Shown here: positions 61,172 to 64,000 of the stretch, piece after piece
How the letters are laid out: each line of letters begins with the position of its first letter
Position numbering within the stretch: position 1 is the stretch's first letter
DNA from: a virus
Reading direction: 5' to 3' (one strand)
Length of the DNA stretch: 64,000 nt
Virus record (IMG/VR): IMGVR_UViG_3300040807_001288
Location: 12,710 to 76,709 of that record
The notes under the pieces: generated by a model
Databases searched by the model: none
What the model was told of the DNA's origin: nothing
What the model saw: the letters and a program-made list of their open reading frames with translations, nothing else
Position numbers and translations under genes: made by a program

Positions 61172-61512
61172 TGTACAAACTAAAATTTTTATCTAAAGAG
61201 AATGATCTAAACAAGATCATCAAATCTCACAAGAAAGAGCGCGATAGCCTAAGTATTTTGTTCATCTCTTTGTGGGATGAGTGGTGTCAAAACTTAGTCG
61301 ATGATCTTAAAAAACGCTACGACGGCGTAGAGAAGGGCCAGCCACTCTATATTGTCGATAGCTTTTATATGCCTCACAGCTTTGTGATCTACAATACCAC
61401 TAAGCTACCACACCTTGTGCATCTGAACAATAGGGGAGTTCATTCGGAGGATTACCTACCGATGATCTACAACACCCTTCTTCCAGACAAGAAGAAAAAG
61501 AAGACTAAATGA
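61171..61512 (+). CDS. Thioredoxin-fold protein lacking CxxC
   Basis: ILFISLWDEWC at the WCxxC position and TKLPHL at the cis-Pro position. Confidence 0.55.
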   Translation: MYKLKFLSKENDLNKIIKSHKKERDSLSILFISLWDEWCQNLVDDLKKRYDGVEKGQPLYIVDSFYMPHSFVIYNTTKLPHLVHLNNRGVHSEDYLPMIYNTLLPDKKKKKTK

Positions 61513-61846
61513 GTCTGTCCTTATTTCTTTCTATGTAGTTATCTATTTTCTGATTGTACTTCTTTTCTTTTGTGTAAAGCAGTTTCAGATTGTTTACGAT
61601 AACTGTTGTAAAGTAATTGAAAGCCGTGCCCTTGCGCGGCTTAAAGTTTTTTACGGTCCTCAATACCAGCGTGAAGCATTCTTGTTTGGCATCATCCGAG
61701 TCCACGTTAAACTTGAAGGTAGCCAGGATGTTGTTTATGAGAACGTCGAATAAACATACTAGCTCTTCTTCGTGATTTTCTGGGTCATTCTGGTATGATA
61801 GTATGATTCTTTCGAACTCCTCGTTATCTATGTAATGCTTCTTCAT
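61505..61846 (-). CDS. Late-transcription sigma factor (T4 gp55-like), very short
   Basis: HYIDNEEF, DDAKQE and NFKP..GTAFNYFTT match the gp55 pattern (YVNN..., NPFAYFTQ). Confidence 0.75.
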   Translation of the reverse strand: MKKHYIDNEEFERIILSYQNDPENHEEELVCLFDVLINNILATFKFNVDSDDAKQECFTLVLRTVKNFKPRKGTAFNYFTTVIVNNLKLLYTKEKKYNQKIDNYIERNKDRLI

Positions 61847-61849
61847 ACA

Positions 61850-61858
61850 CTATAATAG
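61850..61858. promoter_or_regulatory. CTATAATAG element in a 14-bp divergent gap
   Basis: The gap ACACTATAATAGCC lies between two outward-facing ATGs. Confidence 0.55.
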
Positions 61859-61860
61859 CC

Positions 61861-62883
61861 ATGTTTAATCTAGATGACCTGTATCAGGGGCATAAACCCT
61901 TGGGTGACAATCCCTTGTGCGCGGGATGCACTATCCTTGAGCAGTCCAAGCCATGCCACTCAGTCATGGATTACGAGAGTTTGGAGGAGTGCAACGTACT
62001 CTTTCTTTCTGATTCTGTGCGCCCTCATACCAGACACTCACCCTTCCCCGTAACATCTTTCGGCAAGGCAGAGTTGCGCCTACTCAAGGAGAGTTACCCT
62101 GAGAAGTTTGTCACGGCGGCTTCCGTCAAGTGCCCTTCAGTTAAGGAGGGTGACATGACACCAAACAACATGAACCTGTGTCGCCAGCACCTTGAGGCTA
62201 CGATTGATAAGGTTAAGCCTAAGCTAATCTTTACCTGTGGCAACCTGCCTATGAAGATGCTTCTTAAGAAGAGTGGCATCACGACTAAGCGTGGTAAATC
62301 CTTTGAGTATAGTACCGAGGCGGGCCATCAATGCATTGTGGTTCCTATCTTTCACCCGTGGGCGTGCATCAAGGAGCCTCGACACCTAGCTCTATTTAAG
62401 AAGGACATTCAGAATGCATACGAGAAGTACATCCTGTGTAAGGACTCTTCTGGGGACTTCAAGTACAAGGTTCTTATGAGCTTTGATGAGGTTGAAGCTC
62501 TACATAAACAACTCAAAGAATCAGAAGATACACTGGCTGTTGACACAGAGACTACTGGGCTAAACTTCTTGGAGGATGAGATCATGACGATCTCTATTAC
62601 CAGCAAGGAGAACACTTGGGTCATTCCCTTGGATCATAAAGACTCACCATTCAAGGACCAGCCGAAGGTCTGGATTCTTCTTCGTGATATCCTACAGAAC
62701 CCCAAGAATAAGAAAGTATTTCACAACGCTAAGTTCGACTTGAAGTTCTTGATCAACTATGGTATCTACACTAAGAATGTGTGGGACACCAAGATCATGC
62801 ATCACCTTCTAGATGAGAACATGCCTAAGGGTCTGATGGATCTTACCAAACTGTACTTCGCCAACGAACTGGAGAACCTGTAA
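61861..62883 (+). CDS. Split DNA polymerase A, part 1: UDG family 4-like domain plus most of the 3'-5' exonuclease
   Basis: CxxC, VKCP, LC and FHP UDG features. ExoI DTETTG, ExoII HNAKFD, and DTKIMHHLLDEN. Confidence 0.85.
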   Translation: MFNLDDLYQGHKPLGDNPLCAGCTILEQSKPCHSVMDYESLEECNVLFLSDSVRPHTRHSPFPVTSFGKAELRLLKESYPEKFVTAASVKCPSVKEGDMTPNNMNLCRQHLEATIDKVKPKLIFTCGNLPMKMLLKKSGITTKRGKSFEYSTEAGHQCIVVPIFHPWACIKEPRHLALFKKDIQNAYEKYILCKDSSGDFKYKVLMSFDEVEALHKQLKESEDTLAVDTETTGLNFLEDEIMTISITSKENTWVIPLDHKDSPFKDQPKVWILLRDILQNPKNKKVFHNAKFDLKFLINYGIYTKNVWDTKIMHHLLDENMPKGLMDLTKLYFANELENL

Positions 62884-63362
62884 TGCTTACGATTGACAAC
62901 CCCAGCAAGTTTGACTGGGCCAACATGGAGCTATCGGATTGCTGTGAAGGCAACGCGATGGACACCTACTTCACACTCAAGCTCTTCGACCTGATCATGG
63001 AGAAGCTTGATGGTCAGCCCGTCATGAAGCTGATTGAAAATGTAGTCATGCCCTCACTAGAAACCTTCTCCGAGATGGAGTATAATGGACTACTGGTGGA
63101 TACCAGCCGTCTAGATGCAGTAGGCCGTCAACTTAAGTCCAAGAACATGGAAGACGAGGATAGTCTATACTCAATCAAGGGCGTTCAGAATACGGACAAC
63201 TTGTCTTCCAATAATGACCTGATTGAGATTTTGTATACCCGCGAAGATGGCATGGAGCTTTATCCTCCTGACAAGACCGCCAAGGGAAAGCCCTCGGTCT
63301 CTGCACCTACATTAAAATTACTACTAGAACACATCGAAGAGGAGTTGGCTACCCGTGAGTAA
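62883..63362 (+). CDS. Split DNA polymerase A, part 2: ExoIII helix and start of thumb
   Basis: GNAMDTYFTLKLF, MEYNGLLVD, NLSS...L and TAKGKPS motifs. Confidence 0.85.
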   Translation: MLTIDNPSKFDWANMELSDCCEGNAMDTYFTLKLFDLIMEKLDGQPVMKLIENVVMPSLETFSEMEYNGLLVDTSRLDAVGRQLKSKNMEDEDSLYSIKGVQNTDNLSSNNDLIEILYTREDGMELYPPDKTAKGKPSVSAPTLKLLLEHIEEELATRE

Positions 63363-64000
63363 GTGGAAGCACAGAGAAGAAGGCAAGAAGATTAGTAAGT
63401 CCGTGGTAGCTAGTAAAAGCACTGAGGACCTGAAGAACGCTCAAGGATTCCTCAAGGGCCTACTTAATCTTCGCAAGTCCGAGAAGCTTACGAAGACATA
63501 CATTGATGGGACTAAGAAGGCTATCGACTACAACGGTAAGAACAAGGTATTCGTAGACTTCAGGTTTGACGGCACAGCGACGGGCCGTCTGTCTTGCGCT
63601 GCATACAACGCTCAGAAGGCTATGGGCGTGTCGTTCCACACTCTCCCCAGAGAGACTGAGAACAACATTAGAAGCCTGTTCACGGCCCCTCCTGGCTGGT
63701 CATTTATTGCTGCTGACTACGCAGCGATGGAACTTCGTGTCCTGTCACACATTGCCAAAGAGGGCAACATGCAGCTTGCCTTCAACCAGGGCGCGGACCT
63801 ACATACATACACGGCCAAGCTTCTGTTCAATAAGGAGAACATCAAGAAAGAGGAGCGCCAGATCGCAAAGGCGGTATCCTTCCTGATTGTGTATGGCGGT
63901 GGTGCTTTCAACCTTAGCGAGACTATGGGTATCCCGATGAAGCGGGCTGAGAGAATCATTAAAGATTACGAGAATGTTTATCCAGGAATCTTTGAGTACA
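63355..64000 (+). CDS. Split DNA polymerase A, part 3: polymerase domain (3' truncated, absent from the ORF track)
   Basis: GTG start with GAGGAG RBS. My translation gives KLTKTY, TATGRLS, IRSLF, motif A ADYAAMELR, DLH and motif B RQIAKAVSFLIVYG. The frame is open to the window end. Confidence 0.9.
   Translation, partial: MSKWKHREEGKKISKSVVASKSTEDLKNAQGFLKGLLNLRKSEKLTKTYIDGTKKAIDYNGKNKVFVDFRFDGTATGRLSCAAYNAQKAMGVSFHTLPRETENNIRSLFTAPPGWSFIAADYAAMELRVLSHIAKEGNMQLAFNQGADLHTYTAKLLFNKENIKKEERQIAKAVSFLIVYGGGAFNLSETMGIPMKRAERIIKDYENVYPGIFEY

Noticed and set aside
879-62624. Numerous 60-135 aa ORFs nested within or antisense to long genes
   Set aside because: They have no motifs or RBS support and are expected shadows of long coding regions.
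62870-63365. Stop-codon recoding, intron or intein explaining the polymerase breaks
   Set aside because: The breaks change frame, there is no intervening sequence, and TAA, TAG and TGA all act as normal stops elsewhere.
63566-63959. ORF-track entries 63566..63886 (+) and 63717..63959 (-)
   Set aside because: They are shadow frames of the real polymerase ORF starting at 63355.

Overview
This window is a gene-dense fragment of a large tailed (myovirus) phage genome in the standard genetic code. It carries a nearly complete T4-like morphogenesis set: baseplate genes (gp26/gp51-, gp53-, gp5-, gp25-, gp6-, gp7-like), a probable tape measure, prohead protease gp21, scaffold gp22, major capsid gp23, neck gp13/gp14, a gp15-like tail terminator, PAAR spike, sheath gp18 and tube gp19. 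Interspersed are DNA metabolism genes: UvsW-like helicase, primase, Cas4/RecB-like nuclease, Holliday junction resolvase, a minimal gp55-like late sigma factor and a family A DNA polymerase. Portal and terminase are not in the window, and I saw no tRNA, rRNA, CRISPR array or transposase. The most unusual elements are: (1) a family A polymerase split into three coupled ORFs, with an N-terminal UDG-like domain and altered motifs; (2) a 3281-aa protein with eight beta-helix-like modules fused to the gp15-like tail terminator, one module being a high-GC import; (3) a canonical -1 slippery site joining the gp26-like and gp51-like ORFs; (4) a near-palindromic CTATWATAG element at three divergent gene junctions, suggesting bidirectional leaderless promoters. 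All product calls rest on motif recognition and synteny, not database searches.
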